Source: an uncultured Chloroflexia bacterium (GTDB lineage: Bacteria; Chloroflexota; Limnocylindria; Limnocylindrales; CSP1-4). Taken from it: 64,000 bases of DNA. The notes below the pieces were generated by a model that saw nothing but the letters and a program-made list of their open reading frames with translations, was not told where the DNA came from and ran no database searches. This document shows, one piece after another, positions 43,046 to 53,387 of the stretch. The number at the start of each line of letters is the position of its first letter. Within the stretch, counting starts at the first letter, position 1. Location of the stretch: NCBI GenBank assembly GCA_963819655.1, contig CAWFXA010000002.1, positions 672,001-736,000 on the forward strand. The letters are read 5' to 3'. A program made the translations under genes and the position numbers.

Positions 43046-44266
43046 ATGCACGTTCGTTCGGTCGACGGCGAGGAGCGGGTCACGCCGCTCGAGCTGTTCT
43101 TCGACCTCGTCTTCGTCTTCGCCTTCACCCAGGTCACCGGCTTCCTCGCCGCCAACGAGACCGGGGAAGGACTGCTGCGCGGGGCGCTACTGCTTGCCGC
43201 GCTGTGGTGGGCGTGGGGGACGTACGCCTGGCTGACGAACACCGTCGATCCCGAGGAGGGTGCCGTTCGATTGGCGGTCTTCGCCGCAGCGGCCGCCATG
43301 TTGATCGTGGCACTCGCGACGCCGGCGGCGTTCGGTTCGGAGGCCATCGTCTTCGGGATCGCGTACTTCCTCGTCCGAACGCTGCACCTCGTCTTGTTCG
43401 CGATCGCCGGCCGCGACGATCCGGAGCTCCGCCGCGCGGTCCTCCGATGGGCGCCCGGCGCCGTCCTCGGGCCGTCACTGCTGGTAGTCGCAAGCGTCTT
43501 CGATGGGTCGGTAGAGATCGCTCTGTGGGCCGCCGCGCTGACCGTCGACTACCTCAGTCCGCTGGTGGGGCGCGGACGAGGATGGCACCTCTCGCCAGCG
43601 CACTTCGTCGAGCGCCACGGGCTGATCATCATCATCGCTCTGGGAGAATCGATCGTCGCCATCGGCGTCGGTGCGGCGGGGCTGCCTCTCGATGTCCCCA
43701 GGATCGCGGCCGCGCTACTCGGCATGGTCGTCGCCGCGTCGCTCTGGTGGTCCTACTTCGACTGGGTCATCTACGTGTCGCAGGCCAAGCTCACCGACGC
43801 CATAGGTGCGGCGCGGGCGACGCTCGCGCGCGACCTATACACGTACCTCCACATGCCCATGGTCTTCGGCATCGTCCTGTTCGCCCTCGGCCTCAAGGAA
43901 ACGCTCAGCCATGTCGACGAGCCGCTCGGGATCATCCCGGCGATCGGCCTGTGCGGAGGCTTGGCGCTGTACATGGCCGCGCATGTTTCCATGCGACTCC
44001 GGATAAGCGGCACGTTGGGCCGTGGTCGGCCGACCGCAACCGTCGTGCTCGTCGTTCTGATCCCCGTGGCGACGCTGGTGCCGGCGCTCGCGGCGCTGGC
44101 GTTGGCGGCAGTCGTCTGCGCGACGCTGATCGCTTACGAGGCGATCCACTATCGCTACGCGCGCTCCTGGATCAGGAGCCACCGCGGCGAGTTCACCATC
44201 GAGGAGGTCTCGCGCATCGCTTCAGTCACTGGGGGCGCGCCCGCCGACCCATCGGGTGACCAGTAG
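43046..44266 (+). CDS. ltrA: Low temperature requirement protein A family
   Basis: VTPLELFFDLVFVFA, HFVERHGLIIIIALGES, YLHMPMV. Confidence 0.92.
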   Translation: MHVRSVDGEERVTPLELFFDLVFVFAFTQVTGFLAANETGEGLLRGALLLAALWWAWGTYAWLTNTVDPEEGAVRLAVFAAAAAMLIVALATPAAFGSEAIVFGIAYFLVRTLHLVLFAIAGRDDPELRRAVLRWAPGAVLGPSLLVVASVFDGSVEIALWAAALTVDYLSPLVGRGRGWHLSPAHFVERHGLIIIIALGESIVAIGVGAAGLPLDVPRIAAALLGMVVAASLWWSYFDWVIYVSQAKLTDAIGAARATLARDLYTYLHMPMVFGIVLFALGLKETLSHVDEPLGIIPAIGLCGGLALYMAAHVSMRLRISGTLGRGRPTATVVLVVLIPVATLVPALAALALAAVVCATLIAYEAIHYRYARSWIRSHRGEFTIEEVSRIASVTGGAPADPSGDQ

Positions 44267-44469
44267 TAGTAGCCGAGGATCGCGATGCGCGCCCGGCGGG
44301 ATCGTCGTCCGACCCTGGCGAGTCGCATCATGCCGAACCGCGCCCCGGCCACGGGCCGCGAGAGGCCGAAGCGGCCTCCCCGCGACCGGGTAGACGGCCC
44401 GGTGCAGCATCCACAGGACCCGGACCAAGACGCGCTGCAGCGTTCGGAGCGTCTGCTCTCCTGCGGCCG

Positions 44470-45237
44470 TCATGCCGCACCCGCCTTTGCCGTGGCCACC
44501 GGCCGTTGGATGGTTGCCCCGGCAGGACGGTTCCCAGCCCCGATGTCTGCGTTCGCGGCAATCGCGATCGGAGACGACGGGTTGAAACCCTTGAACGTCA
44601 TCCAGAGGCCGAGTGACAGCTCCCAGAAAAAGATCGGGACGATCGCGATCGCGGCCCACGCGGGCGCTGCCGTGGTGATGCCGAACATCGTTGCGATCGT
44701 GTAGGAGAGAAGTAGTGGGGCACCGATGAGGCCCAGCACCGGAATGGCCCTCGGGACGAGCCGCGATCGATACATCAGGGTGCCGAGCAGCAGGGCGTTC
44801 AACGCCGGCGCGAGGCCCGGTCCAAGGAGCTGGGTCCAGTCACGGACCGCGACCAACGATCGGCCCGCAGTGACCAGCGAGGCCCATTCGGCGCCGGTCG
44901 CGCCGTCCTGCCGCAGGGTGACGACCGCCAGCAGGCTGACGACGCCGATCATGATCACGGCTCCTTCGTAGATTCGCGTGGTGATGAAGCCGAGCGCAAA
45001 CCCTTCGTGCTGCCGCTTGACGACCGAGTACAGCGCGACCGCAGTGCCGATGCAGGCGAGCGCGTTGACGATGTCGAGGAGGGCTCCCCAGGTCACCTGG
45101 GTGTCCGAGCCTACGCCCACGATGTAGGTCGGGTCGCTCAGCACGGGTTCGAGCAGGAAGGACGAAGGGATCCCGGCGATGAAGGTAATCAGATAGAGGA
45201 CGCCCGCGACGAGCGCCGTCCTGCGTAGTGAAGTCAT
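44470..45237 (-). CDS. DUF4386 membrane protein
   Basis: RTALVAGVLYLIT, YRSRLVPR, WELSLGLWMTFKGF. Confidence 0.85.
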   Translation of the reverse strand: MTSLRRTALVAGVLYLITFIAGIPSSFLLEPVLSDPTYIVGVGSDTQVTWGALLDIVNALACIGTAVALYSVVKRQHEGFALGFITTRIYEGAVIMIGVVSLLAVVTLRQDGATGAEWASLVTAGRSLVAVRDWTQLLGPGLAPALNALLLGTLMYRSRLVPRAIPVLGLIGAPLLLSYTIATMFGITTAAPAWAAIAIVPIFFWELSLGLWMTFKGFNPSSPIAIAANADIGAGNRPAGATIQRPVATAKAGAA

Positions 45238-45276
45238 GAGAATGTCCTCGCAATCAGGGTGAGCAGCAAGATCGAG

Positions 45277-45963
45277 CTACACGGCTGCCGCGTGGTCGGG
45301 CTTGGGCGTCGCTCCACCGAGCACAGGTCGCTCGGCTGGCTCGCGCCGTTCCGACCAGAGGGCGTACCCCATCCAGGCGAGGCCCAGGCCGATCGGCACC
45401 GCTGCCAACCGCGGGGTTCCGACCAGGACAACCACAGGCCCGGACAGCAACAGCCCGAAGGCAAACAGGCCCGAGGCCACGCGGGGCAGGATGCCGGCGC
45501 GAAGCGTCGTGATCCCGAATAGCAGCGTGCCGGCCAGGAAGAGCGCACTCGACACGGACCACAGCGTTGGAAGCGCGCCAAGGTCGACCGTACTTGGATG
45601 CCCTTCGACGAGCCCCAGCAGCCCTTCGACGAAGCTCGGATGGCCGTTGGCCAGGACCGGTTCGACGGCGGCTTCGACGAACTGGAAGGCGGCCGTCAGC
45701 AGGAGCCCGAGGCTCAACACGACAAAGCCGGCCAGTCCCAGCCAACCGACCTGTTCCACCTGGCTGGCGTAGATGCCCGCAATGCCGATCACGAAGAGGA
45801 TCGCCATCGCGATGGACACGTAATGGACGATCGCCCAAGCGCCGGTCGTCACCGACGCGAGCGTGTCCGGTGGGTGGATCGCTTGGATGACCACGAAGAG
45901 CAGCCCTGCCACCACGGCGGACAGACCTGTCCCATGGATGAGTTTCGAGGCGGTTACTTTCAT
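45277..45963 (-). CDS. Hypothetical membrane protein
   Basis: AAGGAG RBS; about 6 TMs, LFGITTLRAGILPR. Confidence 0.75.
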   Translation of the reverse strand: MKVTASKLIHGTGLSAVVAGLLFVVIQAIHPPDTLASVTTGAWAIVHYVSIAMAILFVIGIAGIYASQVEQVGWLGLAGFVVLSLGLLLTAAFQFVEAAVEPVLANGHPSFVEGLLGLVEGHPSTVDLGALPTLWSVSSALFLAGTLLFGITTLRAGILPRVASGLFAFGLLLSGPVVVLVGTPRLAAVPIGLGLAWMGYALWSERREPAERPVLGGATPKPDHAAAV

Positions 45964-45992
45964 GTCAGTCTCCTTGTTGAGTTGGTCATCGC

Positions 45993-46268
45993 CTATCGAG
46001 GCTTGGTGGTGAGGTCTCGGGGCCGGTTGACGTCGATGCGGATGACCGAGACCAGCGGCACGCCGACGTCGCGCACCTTCTGGAGCAGGCCATGCAGCGC
46101 AGCCTGGTCGGCCACCGCGCCTTGGATGACGGTGCTGCCGTCGGTCTCGTGCCTGAAGGTCAAGCCGTCGAACCAGGCCGCCCATCGGCCATCGAGGTGG
46201 CCTTTGACACGGATTTCGTAACGTCCGGCTTGGCCGCGATCGTTGGTCGATTCGCGTCCTTCGCTCAT
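45993..46268 (-). CDS. Small conserved protein often found beside MalT-like regulators
   Basis: YEIRVKGHLD..W..WFDGL...DQAALHGLLQKVRD; AAAGGAG RBS. Confidence 0.8.
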   Translation of the reverse strand: MSEGRESTNDRGQAGRYEIRVKGHLDGRWAAWFDGLTFRHETDGSTVIQGAVADQAALHGLLQKVRDVGVPLVSVIRIDVNRPRDLTTKPR

Positions 46269-46634
46269 CGCACTCCTTTCGTAGTTCCCGTCGGATCGCT
46301 GCTGCAGATCCCGACGTGCGTTGGTGTGTGATCCCAACGTGGAGGCGGACATGGGGAGTGCGCATCCCCATCAGTGGGGACTGATGTGGGGATTTTCTGC
46401 TTGGAGCGAGGAGGCGCCCGACGCACCGATCACCGCGCACGACCAGCCGTGCCGCGACTTCGCCAGCCGGCCCGTGGCCGTGCCCAGGCGTAGCGGGGCG
46501 TTGCGTCTGTCTAACGACGCGACGTGACTAGGTCGGCCCGTATATCGTCGCCTGTGGTCTCCAGGGCCAGTCGAAGGATGGCAAGAACGTTCGACTTGGG
46601 CCGGACCGCGCTTTGGCCGGGCCGCCGAAGCGCC

Positions 46635-49385
46635 TCAGGCGCGGTCGGCCTCGATGCGCCGCGGATGATTGTTGTCGGTACGCGCCAGCAGGTCCAGCTC
46701 CTCGGCGCGACGGACGGCGGCCCGGCGGCTGTTGACGCCGAGCTTGGAGTAGATGCTCTTGGTGTGTGTCCGCACCGTGCTCAGTGCGACCACCAGCTCG
46801 CGGGCAATGTCCGGGCCGTCGAGATCGGTTCCGAGCAGGCGAAGGACATCGAGCTCCCGATCGCTCAGGGGTTCGATCAGCCGCTGGCGGGCGATGGGTC
46901 GTCCATGCGCCGGGATCGCTTCGGCAAGCAGCCGCCGAAGGTAATCCGGAGCGGTCCTTCGCTTTGCAGCCAGCTTCAGGAGGGCGGCCATGGGCTGGCC
47001 TTCGTCGAGCAAGACGCGGACGTGACCGTCGGGCTCGGCCAATGCCACCGCGCGGTCGAGCCGCGCGATCGCGCCCGCCACGTCGCCGCCTGCGTGGCGG
47101 GCGAGCGCCTGGACAACGAGGACGTCGATGAGGCTGCCGTTGCGCCCGAGGTCGTCCGCCGCAGCAAGCAGGCGTTCGGTGAGCTGGATCGCTTCACGGA
47201 TGGTCTCCTGGGAGGCGTCATGGTTCCCCTGGGCCAGCAGCAGCCTGGCCAGCGTGGCGTGCTCGAACTCGTGCACATAGGCGAGGGTGCCGGCCGTCGA
47301 GATGTCGTGCGCGCGCGCCCATGCCCACGCGCGCGAGAGCTCGCCCTTGGCGATCCACACTCGGGCCTTCAGGGCCGTGATCGGCCGCACGTTGGGAGAG
47401 AACTCGGCGACGTACACGCTCTCGGCCTCATCGAGGAGCCGCAGCGCGCCTGCCGGATCCCCCTCGGCCTGATGGATCCGGGCCATGACGACGCGCGCGC
47501 GATACGGGGACTGCGGGAAGCCGTTCTGGTCGCCCAGACGCCTGGCTGCCTCGAGATGGCGTGTGGCCCCCGCCAGATCGTTCCGCTCGCGCAGGATCTC
47601 GCTGATCCCGACGTGCATGTCGGTGGCTCCCCGCAGGACGGTCCCTCCCGATCCCGTCGCAAGCGTCAGCCCGCGCTCGAGCGTCGCCAACGCCTCCGTG
47701 AGACGCCCTTGCGCGATCTGGATGTCGGCCTGGGTGACCGCGCCGCCGACGACATCGGACAGGTGCCCGGCCCGCCCCAGGCTCGCCATTCCGTCGGCGA
47801 ACCAGCGGTAGGCGGCGTCAAGGTCGCCAGTCGTCCAGTACGCGAGGCCGAGGAACGCCGCCGCTCCACCGCGTCCCAGGTGATCGCCCTCGTCGACGAG
47901 CTCGAGCGCCCGGCGGGCATGGTCCATCGTCGCGGGCACGTCGCCGCTGACCCGGGCCTGCGCCGTCCTGTACAGCGCGATCGCCCCCGGTAGACGATCG
48001 AACTCCGCGGCGTCCGCCACGACCATGCCCGCCGACGAGCGGTCGCTTGCCGGCGTCTCAAGCCACTGCTCCGCGGACTGCAGGAGCTCCTCGACTCGCC
48101 CGAATTCCCCCGTCGACATCAGGGCCCCAACGTAACCGACGCTCAGCACAGGTCGCGCCCTGACCAGGTCGCCAGGAATTGCGTCGAGCCAGCTGCGCAG
48201 CGTCATCTCCCGTCGAGCCTTGCGGATCTCCGGGATCGCGAGCTCGATCAGCTCCGCAGCGCGAGCGAAGTCGCGAGCGGCCATCGCGTGGCTGATCGCC
48301 TCTGAGCGCTCCCCGTTTCGTTCGAACCAATCACTTGCCCGCCGATGCAGCTCCGGGACCTCGTCAGATTGCTCGTCGAGCAGCCGTGCCCGAAGAACGT
48401 CGGCGAACAGTTGGTGATAGCGGTACCAGCGCCGCCGGTCGTCGAGCGCGACGAGGAAGAGGTTCGCCCGCTCGAGCACCTCGACCATTGCCCTGCCGTC
48501 GTTCCGCCCGGTGACGGCATCGCATAGCGGTCCGCTCATGCGGTCGAGCACCGCGGTCTTCATCAGGAAGTTGCGGATGTCCTCAGATTGACGGGCGAGG
48601 ACCTCATCGACGAGGTAATCGACGACGTAGCGGTCCTCGCCCGCGAACGATGCGATGAACGACGTCATGTCGCTGCGGCCCCGCATCGAGAGCGCAGCGA
48701 GCTGGAGCGCCGCGATCCAGCCCTCGGTCCGCGCCTCGAGGGCGGCGATGTCCGCCCCAGCCAACTCGAGGCCCATCGTCCCATTTAGGTATGCCGCGGC
48801 CTCGTCTGGTGTGAACCGAAGGTCCGCGGCGCGGATCTCGACGAGTTCCCCGCTCGCCCGCATGCGGGACAAAGGCAGCGGCGGATCGGCGCGGGTAGTG
48901 ATGACCATGTGCATCAATGGAGGCAGCTGGTCGAGGATGAAGGCAACGCCGTCGTGCACCTCGGGCCGATCGATGGCGTGGTAGTCGTCGAGGACGAGCA
49001 CGACGTCACTCGGCAGGTCGGCGAGGTCGTTGAGCAGTGCCCGCAAAGGAAACTCGGTCCGCGGTTGCGGCGACTCGAGAAGCGAGAGCGCGCTGGCGAC
49101 CACGTTGGGGACGGCGGTCTCCAACGCGGCGATGACGTAAGTCCAGAACGTCGAGGGCTCGTTGTCCTGCGCGTCGAGAGTCAGCCAGGCAGCCGTCATT
49201 CCAGAGGGCCGAGCCGCGATCCACTCACTTACCAGGGTCGACTTGCCGAAACCGGGTGGAGCCGAGACGAGCGTCAGCTTCGACTCGACGCCGTGCGATA
49301 TGCGATCCACGAGCCGTTGACGGACGACGGCGCCAGGGCGCGGTCGCGGCGCGTGCAGCTTCGTCTGGAGGAGTCGCGGATCCAC
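46635..49385 (-). CDS. MalT-like LuxR-family STAND regulator
   Basis: LLQTKLHAP, APPGFGKST, LVLDDYH, RTEGW, YRYHQLF, C-terminal LuxR HTH LSDRELDVL...TVRTH..SIYSKLGV. Confidence 0.95.
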   Translation of the reverse strand: MDPRLLQTKLHAPRPRPGAVVRQRLVDRISHGVESKLTLVSAPPGFGKSTLVSEWIAARPSGMTAAWLTLDAQDNEPSTFWTYVIAALETAVPNVVASALSLLESPQPRTEFPLRALLNDLADLPSDVVLVLDDYHAIDRPEVHDGVAFILDQLPPLMHMVITTRADPPLPLSRMRASGELVEIRAADLRFTPDEAAAYLNGTMGLELAGADIAALEARTEGWIAALQLAALSMRGRSDMTSFIASFAGEDRYVVDYLVDEVLARQSEDIRNFLMKTAVLDRMSGPLCDAVTGRNDGRAMVEVLERANLFLVALDDRRRWYRYHQLFADVLRARLLDEQSDEVPELHRRASDWFERNGERSEAISHAMAARDFARAAELIELAIPEIRKARREMTLRSWLDAIPGDLVRARPVLSVGYVGALMSTGEFGRVEELLQSAEQWLETPASDRSSAGMVVADAAEFDRLPGAIALYRTAQARVSGDVPATMDHARRALELVDEGDHLGRGGAAAFLGLAYWTTGDLDAAYRWFADGMASLGRAGHLSDVVGGAVTQADIQIAQGRLTEALATLERGLTLATGSGGTVLRGATDMHVGISEILRERNDLAGATRHLEAARRLGDQNGFPQSPYRARVVMARIHQAEGDPAGALRLLDEAESVYVAEFSPNVRPITALKARVWIAKGELSRAWAWARAHDISTAGTLAYVHEFEHATLARLLLAQGNHDASQETIREAIQLTERLLAAADDLGRNGSLIDVLVVQALARHAGGDVAGAIARLDRAVALAEPDGHVRVLLDEGQPMAALLKLAAKRRTAPDYLRRLLAEAIPAHGRPIARQRLIEPLSDRELDVLRLLGTDLDGPDIARELVVALSTVRTHTKSIYSKLGVNSRRAAVRRAEELDLLARTDNNHPRRIEADRA

Positions 49386-49869
49386 GTGAGTCGGATTGTG
49401 AGCCGTGCAACCAGATCGCTCCCGGCTCCGATATGGGAACGCTACTTGTGTTCCACCTGTTCCAGCCAGCGGAGGCGCTCATCGACCACGCGGGACGGGT
49501 ATCGCTCCGATGCTCGTAGGCGTCGCAATCGCCTCGTGGAGACGTCCCTTCTGTCCTGGACGGCTACACCTACGAGTGCCCTCACGGCGACGTGTCTTGG
49601 CGAGCAACAAGGGCGCCTGAGGCGTACCCAGGCGATCGAGTGGTCACCTTCGGCGTCCGACTCTCGAGCACCTGCTGTATCGAAAACAGCACGGCTTGAA
49701 AGCTTGGAGCAGCTTCGCCTAGGTCTTGAGACCTATCCAGAGCGGTGTGTGCGGCCCGCTGGAAAACGCTCAGTTAGCAGGTCTTCGAGCGTTGTGGCAA
49801 CCCCGCTCGGGCCTCTAATCGCCTCCGGGAGACAGTTTGCTGTTCTTCCTGAGCACGAAAAGAGGGGAG

Positions 49870-49914
49870 TGGAGCCGACACTCGGATTTGAACCGAGGAC
49901 CTGCTGTTTACGAA
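49870..49914 (-). pseudogene. 3' half of tRNA-Thr(CGT); att junction of an integrated element
   Basis: Minus strand reads TTCGTAA-ACAG-CAGGTC-CTCGG-TTCAAAT-CCGAG-TGTCGGC-TCCA (anticodon loop, T-arm, acceptor strand, CCA). No D-arm or 5' half follows. Confidence 0.88.
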
Positions 49915-50020
49915 TTCGGAGGGCCGGTGTCCGCTGATGACCTCTACCGGCCACCCACTCGGGAAACGCATGAGGCCATTCTGCTACTTGCTATACACGG
50001 CTACCCGAGTTCGCGGGCGT

Positions 50021-50043
50021 AGGGGTCAGCACAGGGGTCAGCA
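50021..50043 (+). repeat. Tandem 11-bp direct repeat AGGGGTCAGCA (putative integrase arm sites)
   Basis: Exact copies at 50021-50031 and 50033-50043, about 105 bp inside the att junction. Confidence 0.65.
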
Positions 50044-50165
50044 AAGCCCGGTTGACCTTGTCACGCCTTCTTAGCCTCGCGTAACGCGGTTCCTCGGCCT
50101 TGAGAAAGGCGACACTCGGCTTCGTGACGCCGAGTGCCGCCACTAAATCTCTGGCTGCGGCTCCC

Positions 50166-51402
50166 ATGGTCGCTTGGCGAAACCGGATCGTCGGCCACGC
50201 CGATGTGCCGCCGGCCGACCTGGTGCCCAACCCGCGCAACTGGCGAAGCCATCCGCCCGAGCAGCAGCGTGCGCTGGCCGGAGCCCTGGCCGAGGTCGGC
50301 TGGGTGGCCGAGGTGCTGGTCAACCGGACGACCGGCAACGTGGTAGACGGTCACCTGCGCATCGAGCTCGCCCTGGCCCGTGACGAGCCGACCGTGCCGG
50401 TCACGTACGTCGAGCTGACCGAGGACGAGGAGCGGCTGGTGCTCGCCAGCCTCGATCCGCTGGCGGCGATGGCGACCGCCGAGCAGGAGCAGCTCGCCGC
50501 GCTGCTGGCCGGGCTCGAGCCCGCCGACGCCGCGCTCGGGGCGCTACTCGAGGATCTCGCCAGCGAGTACGAGATAGAGTCAGATCCGGTCGGGACTCGT
50601 CGACCCGGACGATGCGCCACCGGTGCCGGATGAGCCGTACGTCGAGGCCGGGGATCTCTATGCCCTCGGCGAGCACCGCCTGTTGTGCGGCGACGCCACG
50701 AGTGCAGTCGATGTGAGCAGGCTCCTCGGCGACGACGAGCACGTTGACCTGATGTGGACCGATCCACCGTATGGCGTGGCCTACCAGACCAAGCTATCGG
50801 TCGAGGAGGCCGTCGCCCGTCACCGGCGGACGGACGGGCTGGAGGTCCCCAACGACCAGCCCGACGACATCCCGGCACTGCTTACGTCCGCCTTCGGCCT
50901 CGCCCCGCTGCGGCCGGGCGGCTCGTTCTATGTCGCCTCGCCTTCGAGCGGCGACGCGCTGCCCGCCTTCTACGCGGCTTTGGCTGCCGCTGACATGCCC
51001 GTCCGGGAACAGCTGATCTGGGTCAAGGATGTGTTCGTGATGGGCCGACACGACTACCACTACCGACACGAGCCGATCCTCTACGGCTGGAAGGAAGGCG
51101 CCGCCCATGCGTTCGCCGGTGGGCGTGACCAGGACACGGTGTGGGAGATCCCGCGACCACGGCGCTCCGAGGAGCACCCGGTGATGAAGCCCGTTGAACT
51201 CGTCGCTCGCGCCCTCGCCAATAGCAGCCGCACGGGCGACCTCGTGTACGAGCCGTTCGCCGGTTCGGGCAGCACGATCATCGCGGCGGAGCAGACCGGG
51301 CGGCGCTGCGTAGCGCTCGAGATCGATCCGCGCTACGCCCAGGTCGCCGTAGAGCGCTGGCAGGCGTTCACTGGGGACACGGCGGTCAAAGTCGATGGCT
51401 AG
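50166..51402 (+). CDS. ParB-N domain + N6/N4 DNA methyltransferase; apparent frameshift near 50590
   Basis: PNPRNWRSH, VDGHLR (ParB); HRLLCGDAT, TDPPYG, HPVMKP, EPFAGSGST. The linker GLVDPDDAPPVPDEP is in the second frame. Confidence 0.88.
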
Positions 51403-51459
51403 ACACGATCCTTCCATCGTGTCGCCCTACCATCGCCCACGCCGTACCGGAGCTAGCGC

Positions 51460-51861
51460 TTGGTAGGCCCGGCGTGCACGGCGCTGCGCAACGATGGCCG
51501 ACCATGTCGGGCGACGCCGATGCACGACGAACCGTTCTGCTTCTGGCACGCGCCGGAGACCGCCGAGGAGGCGGCCGAGGCGCGCCGGCTGGGCGGGCTG
51601 CACCGGCGCAAGAAGAAGTCGGTCGCCACGGTGTACGGCTTCGGCGGGCTGCGCACGATCGCCGACAACCAAGCCCTGCTCGAGACGGCGGCTATCGAGA
51701 CGCTGGCCATCGAGAACTCGATCTCGCGCAACCGGGCGCTGGCCTCGATGGCCGCCACCGGCGGCAAGCTCATCGAACTCGGCGACCTCGCCGAGCGCGT
51801 TGCCGCGCTGGAGGCGGCTGCCGCCCGCCCGATCCCGGCCGACGACCCGTTCATCGACTGA
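51460..51861 (+). CDS. Cys/His-motif protein (HGGxSTG-like / small terminase-like)
   Basis: C.A...DGRPC........FCFWH, ARRLGG, C-terminal DLAERVAALE coil. Confidence 0.6.
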   Translation: MVGPACTALRNDGRPCRATPMHDEPFCFWHAPETAEEAAEARRLGGLHRRKKKSVATVYGFGGLRTIADNQALLETAAIETLAIENSISRNRALASMAATGGKLIELGDLAERVAALEAAAARPIPADDPFID

Positions 51862-51862
51862 G

Positions 51863-52615
51863 GTGACCGTCGCCAGGCGGCTCGCCGCGTTGGAGGGCGA
51901 GCTCCATCCAACCCAGCGGGTGATGGCCTGGCTCGCCGAGGCACACGCGTACGACAGGTTCGAGGCGTACCTGAATGCGGTCATCGACGCCGATCCGTCG
52001 CAGCTGCCGATGGATCGGCTGCCCAGGGAGGCGGCTGAAGCGGCCCGTCGTCAGCGGAACGGCACGTCAACTGACCGGGACGACATCGTCCACCGAGCCA
52101 TCCGCGATGTGGTCCTGCGCGTGCACCTCGTGCTGCGCATCGTCGACCTGACCGACTCCGTGATGCGACGCGAGGAGCTGGTCGTTGCGCTGCTGTCGGC
52201 GCACGTGTCGCTCACGTTGGCCAGCCAGAACGAGCCCGCCGGCTGCCTGTCGCTCGTCCAGCTTCGTGATCTCCTCCTCGGCCGGGTCGCCGAGCTGCTG
52301 GCCCAGGAGGAGGCCCGCAAACTCGTCGAGACTCGCTACCTCGGCGGACATGCGTCGATCTACCCGGCTACCATGCGTCGCTGGCAAGAGCTGATCCACG
52401 AGGCCCAGGAGGCGGCGGTGATGACCCTCCGGCTGGCCGAGCTCGACGGCGCCGAGCCGATCAATGAGGAGCGCCAGCTGGTCCCTGACCCGGCACGCAT
52501 CGAGGCGATCGCCGCCGACTTCGTCGAGGTCGCCCGAATCAAGACCCTCGACGACGTGGGCGAAGGGTATGCCGCCGTCGCTCGGCTTAGGCGCTGGCTC
52601 GCAAGCTCCGCGTAG
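51863..52615 (+). CDS. Hypothetical helical protein of the element
   Basis: Coupled to the upstream gene; starts MTVARRLAALE. Confidence 0.65.
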   Translation: MTVARRLAALEGELHPTQRVMAWLAEAHAYDRFEAYLNAVIDADPSQLPMDRLPREAAEAARRQRNGTSTDRDDIVHRAIRDVVLRVHLVLRIVDLTDSVMRREELVVALLSAHVSLTLASQNEPAGCLSLVQLRDLLLGRVAELLAQEEARKLVETRYLGGHASIYPATMRRWQELIHEAQEAAVMTLRLAELDGAEPINEERQLVPDPARIEAIAADFVEVARIKTLDDVGEGYAAVARLRRWLASSA

Positions 52616-52729
52616 CCCTTGACTCGAGCGAGGGCAGACACCAGCACCGATCCTGAAGCTCGTCACACGAGCAAGCATTGCGCACGTCAATCCTCTGGCG
52701 GCGACGTCGCGGATTGGGGACCTTTGACG

Positions 52730-52918
52730 ATGGACCTATCGGGCTGGGGATTCAACCTGGGCGTCCTAGTACTCCTGATCGGAGGGGCAGCGGGCCTCTT
52801 CCTGCTTCGAAGCCGGTGGCCTGGACTGACGCCGATCGCCATCGCTCTGGGCATGAGCGCAGTCCTTTGGATCGCCTTCAACGCCCTATGGATGCTCGCC
52901 TTCTGGGGCTGGGACTAG
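52730..52918 (+). CDS. Small two-TM protein
   Basis: Two hydrophobic helices, 62 aa. Confidence 0.5.
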   Translation: MDLSGWGFNLGVLVLLIGGAAGLFLLRSRWPGLTPIAIALGMSAVLWIAFNALWMLAFWGWD

Positions 52919-52974
52919 TTGATGGGGCGGTCCTGGCGTCTGCAACCTGGGCCTTACACGATGACCAGATCGTG

Positions 52975-53277
52975 ATGATGGACCCGACGACCGTGTACTT
53001 CGTCGGCAACCGCCTGTGGTGGTCGGTGGCCCTCTTCTTGAGTCCGATCGCGGGAGCGATCGCCGGTCAGCCCGTGGTTGCGATCCTGGCTGCTGCCGTG
53101 CTGGTGCTGCCCTCGTTCGTGCTGTTCGACAGCGACCGCCCGTGGTGGCCGGATCAGGTCAAGGGTCTCCCGCAGGACCAAGCGCGAATGCGCTCAGAGA
53201 CACGCAAGCTCACCATCGCGAGCGGGGCTGCACTCATCGCTGGGCTAGGGGCCGCGCTGCTGTTGCCGTGGGGATAG
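52975..53277 (+). CDS. Small membrane protein
   Basis: Three hydrophobic segments. Confidence 0.55.
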   Translation: MMDPTTVYFVGNRLWWSVALFLSPIAGAIAGQPVVAILAAAVLVLPSFVLFDSDRPWWPDQVKGLPQDQARMRSETRKLTIASGAALIAGLGAALLLPWG

Positions 53278-53387
53278 CGCCGCTTTAGGACACCGTTCGT
53301 CCGGCTAGGAACGAGCTCCGGAAGCCATGGAGTCCCGTGAGCCCTGGATCGTGGGCGAGCGTCCCCGGATGCCACTCCCGCTCCTCC

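Noticed and set aside
49870-49945. Functional tRNA-Thr gene
   Set aside because: Only the anticodon loop to CCA is present; no D-arm or 5' acceptor strand.
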